Assembly: GCA_028534125.1 (NCBI GenBank)
Contig: CM052816.1
Location: 71,860,001 to 71,924,000 of the forward strand
Reading direction: 5' to 3'
DNA length: 64,000 bases
Source: Lama glama
Taxonomy: Eukaryota
In this document: positions 63,364-64,000 of the stretch, piece after piece
Layout of the letters: each line of letters starts with the position of its first letter
Numbering within the stretch: position 1 is the first letter of the stretch
Position numbers and translations under genes: made by a program
Notes under the pieces: generated by a model
Databases searched by the model: none
What the model saw: only the letters and a program-made list of their open reading frames with translations
What the model was told of the DNA's origin: nothing

Positions 63364-64000
63364 CATCTTACCTTTGTTTGGTTTTCGTGACAGTCTGTTT
63401 GTCCAGAACACGTTGTTATTTTGCCTATGTCTGTACTTCAGGTTTGAGTCATTTTTACCTAAGTAATCCATTACTAGCTCAATTAAAATAGCCCAAAGCA
63501 GATGTGTTTTCAGAACTGACTAAGAGCACACATCTTACTTGAGATACTGCAAACTTTAAAATCTATTGTGTGATCAATTATTTTGTCCAGTTATATTGCT
63601 TGATTATCTCAATACTAAAGGGTGGACAATCTAAACTTCTAAAAGAATATTCTATAAAAATAGAAGAATATTGTATAAAATCATCATTCCAAACCCCCTC
63701 AAATGGCCCTCATTTTTATAAGAGAACACATGGTGATCTTCCACTGTCATATGAGGTAATTCCAGTAAGGATATAAGAGGAATTAACAAAAGCTTCTTCA
63801 TTGGTTGTACTCTGAATCAACTGCTTTTATAAAAATAACTTAATTACTTTTACTATACTTAATATTTTATCTATTGTTTTCTGATGTGAGTTCTAACTTA
63901 AAAATCGTGACTTTTTAAGAAGTATTTCCTGTGTGTCACCTCAAAGACCTTTTAGACCAAGGTATATAACTAAATCACTGATAAATTTATCTTTATAGTA

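Noticed and set aside
1..64000. ORF-track entries as protein-coding genes
   Set aside because: All are at most 119 aa, many start at non-ATG codons or lie in repeats and microsatellites, none resembles a protein I recognise (apart from the TE relics noted), and they do not chain into a spliced gene.
1..64000. Prokaryotic-type systems (CRISPR arrays, operons, defence islands, rRNA)
   Set aside because: The DNA is mammalian and repeat-rich. There are no regularly spaced repeat-spacer units, no gene-dense regions and no rRNA-like sequence.

Overview
This is AT-rich, CpG-depleted mammalian nuclear DNA that looks like a large intron or an intergenic region. Two tRNA(Ala)-headed SINEs resembling the camelid Vic-1 family, together with no recognisable Alu, Bov-tA/BovB, PRE-1 or CAN-SINE, point to a camelid (Camelus/Vicugna/Lama); this is an inference. 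I cannot support any protein-coding gene: the ORF track consists of short chance ORFs. Much of the window is decayed interspersed repeat (L2, MIR, L1/HAL1, MaLR/ERVL LTRs, MER47) plus microsatellites. The points worth a second look are: (1) a ~1.5 kb fossil RTE-clade LINE readable from its reverse-transcriptase motifs; (2) a hAT/Charlie-like transposase fossil that has kept unusually many CpGs; (3) two MER47 copies forming a ~200-bp inverted repeat; (4) an unidentified 147-bp insert between perfect 17-bp direct repeats; (5) a tiny twin-primed L1; (6) a likely template-switch palindrome; (7) a promoter-like motif array; and (8) several candidate enhancers and exons. I found no convincing new biological system. 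All repeat-family names come from recalled consensus sequences, not from a search, and repeat boundaries are approximate.
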